Part shown: positions 18,817 through 27,918 of the stretch, in pieces
How positions within the stretch are numbered: position 1 is the first letter of the stretch
Layout: each line of letters opens with the position of its first letter
IMG/VR virus record: IMGVR_UViG_3300002595_000019
Coordinates: 19,513 to 83,512 of that record
Reading direction: 5' to 3' (one strand)
Length of the DNA: 64,000 bases
Source: a virus
Notes under the pieces: model-generated
The model's database searches: none
The model's input: the letters and a program-made list of their open reading frames with translations, nothing else
Told to the model about the DNA's origin: nothing
Program-made: the position numbers and the translations under genes

Positions 18817-19372
18817 TCCGGTATTCATCCGTCTTGCCGAGGTCATAAACAAAAAGCAGGATATGCGTGTCATGAGCGTAACGGTGAAACCTACCGTCAC
18901 CAACTGCTCCGGCACGATTTGGTTTACCGACCTTATGTTGCAAGAAGGACCGGCACTGACAGGCTATGTGCCACATACCGAGAGTCGACTTAAGGAAGAT
19001 ACCAAGGTATGGTTCAACGGTGTGGTTCGTTCCAAAGAAACGGTCATTATCTGCAACGTCGGTGATACATCTGGTGGTCTTGATGTCCATATCTATCCGA
19101 AATCCGATATGGCGGCAGGCTCGGTGCAGCTTGCCCAAGGTGTGGGTGGACAAAAGGTTGTGTTTCCTAACAGACTTTCTGCGGAGGATGATTTGGCTCT
19201 GCTTGCTTCGATAAGGGAATGCACCAAAAACGGCATTCAAGAGCCGAAAGAGGGCTTTTACCAATATAGCGCCGCTTGGGATTCCAAGCACAAAGTCACC
19301 TTGGAGGACGGCAAGTCAGCCAGGGTGCTTTTTGAATTGCAGCAGATGTCGGATGGAGGTGTTTCGATTTGA
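18809..19372 (+). CDS. Tail-associated hypothetical protein
   Basis: Translationally coupled; VTNCSGTIWFTDLMLQEG. Confidence 0.7.
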   Translation: MANPVFIRLAEVINKKQDMRVMSVTVKPTVTNCSGTIWFTDLMLQEGPALTGYVPHTESRLKEDTKVWFNGVVRSKETVIICNVGDTSGGLDVHIYPKSDMAAGSVQLAQGVGGQKVVFPNRLSAEDDLALLASIRECTKNGIQEPKEGFYQYSAAWDSKHKVTLEDGKSARVLFELQQMSDGGVSI

Positions 19373-21843
19373 GGGATAAATTAAAAGGCAAACGCATCAT
19401 GGTGTGGACATTCATGGGCAATGCCCGTATGTATGAGGCTCTCCGTGATTACGGCGACCGTATCGACACCATTGGTCTGTTTTCTTTCAAGGTGGATGCC
19501 ACGGGAACGATTACCGAGAGCGGTGTTCCCATCAGCAATATGCTGACCTATATTAACAAATGGCCGCATATCCGATGGTTGCTGACCGTTGCTAATGATG
19601 GTGCAAATTCTATCTTTAAGGCTTTGCGTAACAATACGAATGGCGCACAGGACACCTTCTGTTCCGAACTTGTCCGAATCATGGAGAAATACCCGTGGTG
19701 CAATGGCGTGGATATCGACCTGGAAAAGGGTGATGATTATTCTACCCATGCAGCGTCCACAGCTATGTTCAAACATATCTATGAAACGGTAAAAGCCTAT
19801 GATTCTACCAAGGAGATGAATATCTGTCTGCCGGGTATGACTTCGGTTAACGGCTCGGTTGGTGGCGAAAACTGGTGCGTATATGGTGATTTGGATAAAT
19901 ACTGTGATACGGCTTCTATTATGAGTTACGGTATGGCTTGGGCGGGTTCTGCTCCCGGTCCTGTTTCTCCAAGGAGCTGGCTTGAGGGAATTTACGATTA
20001 TGCAACGAAAGTTATGAATCCCGACAAGGTATTCCTCGGTATGCCTGCCTACGGTTGGAACTGGCAGATTTATGACACGCCGGAGAACCTAGGCAAATAT
20101 TACCGAGGTACATCCCACACCTATTATGCTGCGAAATACTGGATGCAGGGCGTTTACAACTTTACCGATGACGCACCTCCGCAGCCGTTCATTCCTATAG
20201 TTTCCTATTGGGATGACTACGATATGGGGCCGTGGGCATTGCCCCATGTGTATGACTACATGGAAGGCAGAGATGCCGTTTCAAAGGAGTATCCGCAGAT
20301 GTCGGAAACCTACAACCGCAGACGCTATCTGACCGCTTATGCCAAACAGCAAAAGACGGAGTTCGGAGATATTCTTATCGACCACAATGCCGAGCCGGAC
20401 AGTTATTCCGGTGTGGTATCCGTGTCTGAAACCTTGGTAACTCTCGGTGATGAGGGTTCTGCCACCTACAAGTTCACTATTGATGAGGACGGCACCTACG
20501 ATGTTGCCATTCGCCTATGCTATCCGTTTTGGGATAAGAACAGCATTTACGCATCGTTGGACGGCAGCATGGTTCACTTTTCCGAGGATAGGATTTGGTG
20601 GCCATATTGGAGGACTACCTTCTGGGCAACTCTCGCCAAGGGAGTAAGCCTATCTGCCGGAGAGCATACACTGACCATTTCTGTTGGCGTCAACGGTGTG
20701 CAGTTCTATGGTTTCCGTGTCTGCACGGATTTTTCGGAAGAACCCACTGCAGGTCAAGCGGAATACACCCTTGCTCCTCGTAAGTTTAAGGATGTAAACG
20801 GTGATATGGTGGGACCCGCCACAGGGTTCAAGCTGACATTGGAAATGCTACGCAGAAAGCCTGACTCGGCATTGGTTTGGTATGAGGACTTTCGTGATGA
20901 GCAGAAAATCCCGGAAAGTTACTGGACGGTTCTCTCCGGCGAATGGGATGTATGGCAGGAGGATTTGCCTTATGGTGATACAAGCCGACCATACTCACAG
21001 CTTGAGGGTTACGGTCAGCTTGCTTGGAATTATAACGGCTTTTCCGATATCCATCTGAGGGCACAGATTATCTTCCCGGAAAACGGTGGCGGCAAAGCGG
21101 GTGTGTTCCTCGGTTCGCTGTTTTGCTGTTTTAACTATGACAGCCAGTGCATCGAACTGTATGAGGGGTCTACACTCAAAGGCAGCTATGCCACTGATTT
21201 CTCACAAACCGCAAAGGCTGACCTTCGCACCAATCCCAATATCTATACCATTGAGATGCGTAAGCGTGGAAATAAGGTGCGAGTTTATTCCTCTGCATCC
21301 TATACGCTACGATTTACGGCAACGGTCAGCGATATCAGCGGTTATGCAGGCATCCGCTCCGATAACCAAATCAACTGCCAACTGCTCCGTTTGGGTGACG
21401 CCTGGACGTATGAGCCATATGAGAGGTTCGATGTGGTAATGCCGGACGGAACGGAGACTTCTTTCGGCAGGATTGAGCGTAGCAACTGCACATGGGATGA
21501 GGAGTTCCAAGTGTTCACGCTGACTTCCGATGTGGAGGAATCGTCCACAAGGGATGAAAGTATCTCCCTGGACTATGAGTTCTACCATTCCCATGTGATG
21601 GCTTTGGAGTGTGGCAATGACTACACGGCAAAAATCATCCCAAGGGATATCAATATATGGATTTCAAGGATGTTCCTTGGAGATGCAGACGGCTTTTCAA
21701 TTCTGTATTACCAGGATGTGGACAGCCTGATCTATTGGGCGAACCAGGCAGCATACCGATGGAAACTGCGAGGGATGTGTATGTGGTCCCTTGGGCAGGA
21801 GGATATGCGAGTATGGGAGTGGCTGCCCAAGCAAACTGAATAA
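19369..21843 (+). CDS. GH18 glycosyl hydrolase with inserted beta-sandwich domains
   Basis: NGVDIDLE (DxDxE), IMSYG, KVFLGMPAYG; C-terminal LRGMCMWSLGQED. Confidence 0.85.
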   Translation: MRDKLKGKRIMVWTFMGNARMYEALRDYGDRIDTIGLFSFKVDATGTITESGVPISNMLTYINKWPHIRWLLTVANDGANSIFKALRNNTNGAQDTFCSELVRIMEKYPWCNGVDIDLEKGDDYSTHAASTAMFKHIYETVKAYDSTKEMNICLPGMTSVNGSVGGENWCVYGDLDKYCDTASIMSYGMAWAGSAPGPVSPRSWLEGIYDYATKVMNPDKVFLGMPAYGWNWQIYDTPENLGKYYRGTSHTYYAAKYWMQGVYNFTDDAPPQPFIPIVSYWDDYDMGPWALPHVYDYMEGRDAVSKEYPQMSETYNRRRYLTAYAKQQKTEFGDILIDHNAEPDSYSGVVSVSETLVTLGDEGSATYKFTIDEDGTYDVAIRLCYPFWDKNSIYASLDGSMVHFSEDRIWWPYWRTTFWATLAKGVSLSAGEHTLTISVGVNGVQFYGFRVCTDFSEEPTAGQAEYTLAPRKFKDVNGDMVGPATGFKLTLEMLRRKPDSALVWYEDFRDEQKIPESYWTVLSGEWDVWQEDLPYGDTSRPYSQLEGYGQLAWNYNGFSDIHLRAQIIFPENGGGKAGVFLGSLFCCFNYDSQCIELYEGSTLKGSYATDFSQTAKADLRTNPNIYTIEMRKRGNKVRVYSSASYTLRFTATVSDISGYAGIRSDNQINCQLLRLGDAWTYEPYERFDVVMPDGTETSFGRIERSNCTWDEEFQVFTLTSDVEESSTRDESISLDYEFYHSHVMALECGNDYTAKIIPRDINIWISRMFLGDADGFSILYYQDVDSLIYWANQAAYRWKLRGMCMWSLGQEDMRVWEWLPKQTE

Positions 21844-21918
21844 CGGCTTTACGGGGTATCCGCCATGTGGTGGGTGCCCTTTTTGCATACAAAAAATTAT
21901 GAAAGCGAGGATTTAACT

Positions 21919-22338
21919 ATGAAGGATTTATGGAACACCATTCAAATCATCTTTGCCGCCATCGGTGGTTGGCTCGGCTGGTTTCTCGGTGGGTTTGACG
22001 GTCTGCTCTATGCACTGATTATTTTCGTGGTTGTGGATTATATCACGGGAGTCATGTGTGCCGTTGTGGACAAGAACCTTTCCAGTTCGGTTGGGTTTAA
22101 GGGCATTTGTCGAAAAGTGTTGATTTTTGCGATGGTAGGAATCGCACACGTCCTGGATGCCAATGTCATCGGTGACGGCAGCGTACTGAGAACGGCGGTC
22201 ATTTTCTTCTATCTCTCCAATGAGGGCGTGAGCCTTTTAGAAAACGCATCCCACCTTGGTTTGCCGATTCCGGAGAAGATGAAGGAAATCTTGGAGCAGC
22301 TCCATGACCGCGACAATAAGGAAAGTGAGGGAAAGTAA
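21919..22338 (+). CDS. Holin (phage holin 4-1 / toxin secretion family)
   Basis: GGWLGWFLGG.DG, DYITGV, SSVGFKGI.RK, NEGVSLLEN..GLPIP. Confidence 0.92.
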   Translation: MKDLWNTIQIIFAAIGGWLGWFLGGFDGLLYALIIFVVVDYITGVMCAVVDKNLSSSVGFKGICRKVLIFAMVGIAHVLDANVIGDGSVLRTAVIFFYLSNEGVSLLENASHLGLPIPEKMKEILEQLHDRDNKESEGK

Positions 22339-22339
22339 C

Positions 22340-23284
22340 ATGAATTTACACAAACTTATTTTAACGGAAAACGCCTGTTACAAAGCAGGCAGGAAAATCA
22401 CGGTTAAGGGTATCATGGTTCATTCCACGGGTGCAAATAACCCGAACCTAAAACGCTATGTAGGTCCTGATGATGGTTTGCTCGGTAAAAACCAGTACGG
22501 CAATCATTGGAACACCTACCATCCCGGCGGCAGAGAGGTCTGTGTTCATGCCTTTATCGGCAAGTTGGCTGACGGCACGATTGCCACATACCAAACTCTC
22601 CCTTGGAATCATCGTGGTTGGCACGCTGGGGGCAGTGCAAACAACACGCATATTGGTTTTGAAATCTGCGAGGACGGTCTTTCGGATTATGCCTACTTTA
22701 AGAAGGTGTACCGTGAGGCCGTTGAACTTTGTGCCTACCTCTGTAAGGAGTACGGTTTGACCGAACAGAACATCATCTGCCATTCCGAGGGTTACAAGCA
22801 GGGCATTGCATCCAACCACGGCGATGTGATGCACTGGTTTCCAAAGCACGGCAAGAGCATGGATACCTTCCGTGCCGAGGTCAAGGCACTCCTGGCGTCT
22901 ACCGATGAGGAGGAAACCGAAACTCCTGCAGAGCCTACGGTGACATATCCCGAAAAGCTGACTACTGGTTATTACCGTGTGCGTAAGACCTGGAAGGACA
23001 GCAAATCCCAGGTAGGTGCGTATCGTATTCTTTCCAATGCAAAGGCGGCCGCAGATAAGAACCCTGGTACTTTTGTTTTTGCCAATGACGGCACTGCCAT
23101 TTATCCTGCCGACAGCACAGCCGAGCCGGATTACCGTGTCCATACGGTTGTGAAGGGCGATACCCTTTGGGATATTGCCGTGAAATATCTCGGCAAAGGC
23201 AGCAGATACACCGAAATCAAGAAACTGAATGGACTTTCTTCCAATGTGATTTATAGCGGTTGGAAACTCAAAATTCCGAACTAA
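22340..23284 (+). CDS. Endolysin: Amidase_2 + C-terminal LysM
   Basis: IMVHSTG, WHAG, HIGFEICE, CHSEG..SNHGD; HTVVKGDTLWDIA..YLG LysM. Confidence 0.93.
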   Translation: MNLHKLILTENACYKAGRKITVKGIMVHSTGANNPNLKRYVGPDDGLLGKNQYGNHWNTYHPGGREVCVHAFIGKLADGTIATYQTLPWNHRGWHAGGSANNTHIGFEICEDGLSDYAYFKKVYREAVELCAYLCKEYGLTEQNIICHSEGYKQGIASNHGDVMHWFPKHGKSMDTFRAEVKALLASTDEEETETPAEPTVTYPEKLTTGYYRVRKTWKDSKSQVGAYRILSNAKAAADKNPGTFVFANDGTAIYPADSTAEPDYRVHTVVKGDTLWDIAVKYLGKGSRYTEIKKLNGLSSNVIYSGWKLKIPN

Positions 23285-23288
23285 CACG

Positions 23289-23329
23289 ATGCCCTTTGAG
23301 GATTTTTCCTTGAAGGGCATTATTTTTTT
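23289..23329 (+). terminator. Rho-independent terminator after lysis module
   Basis: ATGCCCTTTGAGGA / TCCTTGAAGGGCAT stem followed by T-run. Confidence 0.85.
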
Positions 23330-23414
23330 GCCTTTAGGGGGTTCGATTCAGCCTGTCTTTTCGCTTATAGGCAGAGGGAACATTTCCACCGTTCCCCGGA
23401 CTGGAGAAATCACA

Positions 23415-23630
23415 ATGGAAGTAAAACAGATTGAGAATTTTAAGATACCTAACGCCGTGGCACACGAGATTACGCAGGAGGAATTGCAGCGTGAATACGA
23501 CTTTTACATGGCACAGAAAATGCTCGAAACCATGTTCATGTTCGGCATGATTTCTGTGGATGAATTCCACAAAATATCGGCTGTAAATCGCAAAACTTTC
23601 TCCCCGTTTTTGTCAGAGATTATGGGCTAA
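23415..23630 (+). CDS. Small SHOCT-like protein preceding recombinases
   Basis: KMLETM..GMISVDEF..I; same position as 62713-62865. Confidence 0.65.
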   Translation: MEVKQIENFKIPNAVAHEITQEELQREYDFYMAQKMLETMFMFGMISVDEFHKISAVNRKTFSPFLSEIMG

Positions 23631-23692
23631 ATAACTTGATATTTCTGCGATAGTACGGGAATATGTCACTACCCAAAAAGCGAGGTGAGTTG

Positions 23693-25255
23693 ATGAAAAA
23701 GATAACGAAAATCGGGGTAAACGAAACCCTGATTCAAAAGAAAAAGCTGAAGGTTGCAGCCTACTGCCGTGTATCCACAGCCAGTGATGAGCAGCTTATC
23801 AGCCTTGAGGCACAAAAGGCCCATTATGAAAATTACATCCGTTCCAATGACGAATGGGAGTATGTGGGTCTTTACTATGACGAAGGAATCACGGGTACAA
23901 AAAAGGATGTCCGTGCCGGACTTCTTTCTATGATTGCTGATTGTGAGGACGGCAAGATAGAGTTCATCATTACCAAGTCTATCAGCCGATTTGCGAGAAA
24001 TACTACAGACTGCTTGGAGATGGTTCGCAAACTGATCGGCCTTGGGGTTCATATTTATTTTGAGAAAGAAAACATCAATACGGGGACAATGGAAAGCGAG
24101 TTGATGCTCTCTATTTTAAGCGGACTTGCAGAAAGCGAATCGATTTCCATTTCAGAAAATACGAAGTGGGCCATTCAAAGACGATTTCAAAACGGAACCT
24201 TTAAAATTTCCTATCCACCCTATGGCTATCAAAACATGGATGGTCAAATGATAGTAATTCCTAAGCAGGCTGAAATTGTAAAGTATATTTTTGCAGAAGT
24301 GTTATCGGGTAAAGGTACACAGAAAGTTGCAAATGATCTTAATCAAAAGGGTATCCCTTCAAAAAGAGGTGGCCGTTGGACGGCTACTACCATTCGAGGA
24401 ATTTTGACTAATGAAAAATATACTGGTGATGTACTTTTGCAAAAGACCTATACTGACAGCCATTTTAACAGGCACACCAATTACGGTGAGAAAAATATGT
24501 ACTTAGTAGAAAACCATCATGAGGCAATTATTAGCCATGAAGATTTTGAAGCTGTAGATGTCGTTCTCAATCAGAGAGCAAAGGAAAAAGGCATCGAAAA
24601 GCGCAACAGTAAATATCAAAACCGATATTGTTTCTCCGGCAAAATCAAATGTGGAGAATGTGGCGGCACCTTCAAGCGTAGGCAGCATTACAAACCGAGC
24701 GGAGATTATGTGGCTTGGACTTGCGGAACGCACCTGGAAAGTAAAAAAGATTGTTCTATGCTTTACATTTCCGATGAGGGCATTAAGTTCGCATTCCTTA
24801 CCATGATGAACAAACTGGTATACGGCCACAATGCGATACTGAAACCGCTCCTGCGAACCCTGCGTGGCATGGATGACAAAGACAGGCTGCTCCGTATTCA
24901 GGAGTTGGAATGCCAAATGGAAGAAAACACTGATAAAAAGCAAACGCTTACAAGCCTTATGGCAGCAGGGTTCTTGGAGCCTGCCGTTTTTAACAAGGAA
25001 AATAATGTACTTGTAGTAGAAGAACAACGTCTGCGTTCGGAAAAAGAGCAGTTGCTGAATTCCGTAGGCGGTGACAAGGTTAAGGTCAAGGAACTCCAAA
25101 GGCTGATGTCTTTTACTACCAAGGGTGAGATACTGACCGAATTTGAGGATGAAATATTCCTCGCCTTTGTGGACAGCATTACGGTTGAATCAAGAAAAAA
25201 GATTATCTTCCATTTGAAATGTGGACTGAATTTAGCGGAAAGGTTGGTGATGTAA
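23693..25255 (+). CDS. Large serine recombinase 1
   Basis: [21 protein letters not shown], Zn ribbon CGECG. Confidence 0.95.
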   Translation: MKKITKIGVNETLIQKKKLKVAAYCRVSTASDEQLISLEAQKAHYENYIRSNDEWEYVGLYYDEGITGTKKDVRAGLLSMIADCEDGKIEFIITKSISRFARNTTDCLEMVRKLIGLGVHIYFEKENINTGTMESELMLSILSGLAESESISISENTKWAIQRRFQNGTFKISYPPYGYQNMDGQMIVIPKQAEIVKYIFAEVLSGKGTQKVANDLNQKGIPSKRGGRWTATTIRGILTNEKYTGDVLLQKTYTDSHFNRHTNYGEKNMYLVENHHEAIISHEDFEAVDVVLNQRAKEKGIEKRNSKYQNRYCFSGKIKCGECGGTFKRRQHYKPSGDYVAWTCGTHLESKKDCSMLYISDEGIKFAFLTMMNKLVYGHNAILKPLLRTLRGMDDKDRLLRIQELECQMEENTDKKQTLTSLMAAGFLEPAVFNKENNVLVVEEQRLRSEKEQLLNSVGGDKVKVKELQRLMSFTTKGEILTEFEDEIFLAFVDSITVESRKKIIFHLKCGLNLAERLVM

Positions 25256-25690
25256 ATGACAGCACATATTCCCTACGGATATCGCATCGAGGACGGAAAA
25301 GCGGTTGTGGATGAAGTCCAGGCAGAACAGGTCAGAACCTTCTTCAAAGAGTATATTTCCGGCAAGGCACTGATGGTGGCAGCCGAAATGGTAGGCTTGA
25401 AGTTGTTCCACGGCAGTGCCGGACGAATGCTCCGAAACACTCATTACCTTGGGGATGAATATTACCCTGCCATCATAGATCAGGAATTGTTCGACAAGGC
25501 AGAAGAGGAACGTCAGTCGAGAGCCAGTCAGCTTGGCAGGGTCAGAGAATTAAAGGTTAAGGAAACACCTGCCGTTCCCCTGCATTTTACAATGGGAAAG
25601 CAGATACAGGAATTTGACAATCCATTCAAACAGGCTGAATACGCCTACAGTTTAATAGAAAGCGAGGTGGAAACGAATGGAGGCAACTAA
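25256..25690 (+). CDS. Short recombinase-domain protein (no catalytic domain)
   Basis: [28 protein letters not shown]. Confidence 0.8.
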   Translation: MTAHIPYGYRIEDGKAVVDEVQAEQVRTFFKEYISGKALMVAAEMVGLKLFHGSAGRMLRNTHYLGDEYYPAIIDQELFDKAEEERQSRASQLGRVRELKVKETPAVPLHFTMGKQIQEFDNPFKQAEYAYSLIESEVETNGGN

Positions 25691-27248
25691 GAATATTACC
25701 GTAATTCCGGCGCGAAGACGTGTCGGCAATACCGTGAATAAAGAAGTAAAGCCAAAGCTAAAAGTCGCAGCGTACTGCCGTGTTAGTACCGACAGCGATG
25801 AGCAGGCTACCAGTTATGAGGCACAGGTGGAGCATTACACGGATTTTATTAAAAAGAACCCCGAATGGGAGTTTGCAGGAATTTTCGCTGACGATGGAAT
25901 AACAGGCACTAACACCAAAAAGCGTGAGGAGTTCAATCGCATGATTGATGAGGCAATGGCGGGCAAAATCGATATGATTGTTACCAAGTCCATCAGCCGA
26001 TTCGCAAGAAATACCCTGGACTGCCTCAAGTATATCCGACAGCTTAAGGAAAAGAACATTCCCGTGTATTTCGAGAAAGAGAATATTAACACGATGGATG
26101 CCAAGGGCGAGGTTCTACTTACCATTATGGCGAGCCTTGCACAGCAGGAAAGCCAGTCACTTTCGCAGAATGTGAAGTTGGGTTTTCAGTATCGATACCA
26201 ACAGGGACAGATGACTGTAAACCACAATCGTTTTCTTGGATTTACCAAGGATGAAAAGGGGCAGCTTATCATTGAACCCGATGAGGCTGTGGTGGTCAAA
26301 CGCATTTACAGGGAGTACCTTGAAGGTGCAAGTTTGCAGCAGATAGGCAGAGGCTTGGAGGCTGATGGTATTTTGACGGGTGCCGGAAAGAAAAAGTGGC
26401 GTCCTGAAACCCTGCAGAAAATCCTAAAGAACGAAAAATACATCGGTGACGCACTTCTTCAGAAAACCTATACAGTGGATTTCTTGGAGAAAAAGCGTGT
26501 GCCGAATAACGGCATTGTTCCTCAGTATTATGTAGAGAACAGCCACGAAGCCATTATCCCCCGTGACCTTTATATGCAGGTGCAGGAAGAAATGATAAGA
26601 CGTGCCAACCTTCACAGCGGGCAGGAACGAAAAAAGCGTGTTTACAGTAGCAAGTATGCACTTTCAAGTATCGTGTACTGCTCCAAGTGCGGTGACATTT
26701 ACCGCAGAATCGCATGGAACAACAGAGGTAAACATTCCATCGTGTGGCGTTGCTGCACCAGGGTGGAACACGGTCCGGGAGCCTGCGCTGCCGATACGAT
26801 ACAGGAATCCGAACTTCAGAACCTTGTGGTAAGAGCCATCAACATGGCACTCTGCAAAAAGGATACCATGAGCGAAAACTTGCAGAAAAATGTCGAGGCG
26901 GTGCTTACCGGAGCAGACGGCATTCCGCTTGACGAAATTGACAGCCGTTTGGAACAGCTACAAAAGGAACTCCTAAAGGTAGCCAACGCCAAAGGAAACT
27001 ACGATAGCATCGCAGATGAGATTTACCACCTTCGAGAAGTAAAGCAGAACGCCTTGGTGGACAATGCCGAGCGTGAAGGCGTGAAACAGCGAATCAGCGA
27101 AATGCAGCAGTTCCTTGCAGAGCAGACGCAAAATATCACCGAATATGATGAGCAGTTGGTTCGCAGACTGATTGAGAAAATAACGGTCTACGAAGAAAAG
27201 GTTACGGTGGAGTTCAAATCCGGCACAAGCGTGGACGTAAGAAGATAA
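25677..27248 (+). CDS. Large serine recombinase 2
   Basis: [30 protein letters not shown], coiled coil. Confidence 0.95.
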   Translation: MEATKNITVIPARRRVGNTVNKEVKPKLKVAAYCRVSTDSDEQATSYEAQVEHYTDFIKKNPEWEFAGIFADDGITGTNTKKREEFNRMIDEAMAGKIDMIVTKSISRFARNTLDCLKYIRQLKEKNIPVYFEKENINTMDAKGEVLLTIMASLAQQESQSLSQNVKLGFQYRYQQGQMTVNHNRFLGFTKDEKGQLIIEPDEAVVVKRIYREYLEGASLQQIGRGLEADGILTGAGKKKWRPETLQKILKNEKYIGDALLQKTYTVDFLEKKRVPNNGIVPQYYVENSHEAIIPRDLYMQVQEEMIRRANLHSGQERKKRVYSSKYALSSIVYCSKCGDIYRRIAWNNRGKHSIVWRCCTRVEHGPGACAADTIQESELQNLVVRAINMALCKKDTMSENLQKNVEAVLTGADGIPLDEIDSRLEQLQKELLKVANAKGNYDSIADEIYHLREVKQNALVDNAEREGVKQRISEMQQFLAEQTQNITEYDEQLVRRLIEKITVYEEKVTVEFKSGTSVDVRR

Positions 27249-27268
27249 AGAAATATTCCCTACAGTTA

Positions 27269-27296
27269 GCACCTTGCAGAAATGCAGGGTGTTTTC
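27269..27296 (+). terminator. Terminator after recombinase module
   Basis: GCACCTTGCA-GAAA-TGCAGGGTGT-TTT. Confidence 0.8.
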
Positions 27297-27331
27297 TGTC
27301 TAAAGGAGTTGTGTAAATTTGTCCGTGAGTA

Positions 27332-27360
27332 TTGACAAATTTACTAATCGGTATTATAAT
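27332..27360 (+). promoter_or_regulatory. Consensus sigma-A promoter of cargo operon
   Basis: TTGACA-17 nt-TATAAT. Confidence 0.9.
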
Positions 27361-27397
27361 ATATAATGTTAAAGTGTAAATGGACGGAGGTTATTCG

Positions 27398-27916
27398 ATG
27401 AGAAAAAGTATATCTTTTAATGTAGACGCAGATGTGTTTGATAAATTTAACATGGCGCTTAATCTTTCCGGTGAAACATCTGACGAGGCTGCAGATTCGT
27501 GCCTTCGTTGGTATATTGCCCAGGCTTTCGGAAATGTATCGAAGGAATATACACCGAGGGCAACAAGGGTATCTGATAGTGCAGATAAAGATTTTTACGG
27601 TAAGGCAATTCAACGCATACCAATGTGGGCGTTAAAGCCAAGCCAATATAATCATAAGATAATCAAAGCCTACTTTATGGCAGAACATATCGCAGGAGAA
27701 GCAACCCTGCTGATGATGGAGCGTTTGTGCAGTGATAAAGAACGCCCGGATTTGTATGTTCCTACTTTCAAAAATAACTATTCACAGATGAAACTGGACG
27801 GTCCTAAATCTCATGGTAAGGTTTTTGAGGATGACGGTGACCGAGTTTGGATCTGGGATGAAGTAGAAGAAACCCTTATGAAATATAAGAACAGTTTTTA
27901 TGTAGAGGAGGCATAA
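27398..27916 (+). CDS. Hypothetical protein, possible N-terminal ribbon-helix-helix
   Basis: SD GGAGG; MRKSISFNVDADVFDKF N-terminus. Confidence 0.7.
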   Translation: MRKSISFNVDADVFDKFNMALNLSGETSDEAADSCLRWYIAQAFGNVSKEYTPRATRVSDSADKDFYGKAIQRIPMWALKPSQYNHKIIKAYFMAEHIAGEATLLMMERLCSDKERPDLYVPTFKNNYSQMKLDGPKSHGKVFEDDGDRVWIWDEVEETLMKYKNSFYVEEA

Positions 27917-27918
27917 CG

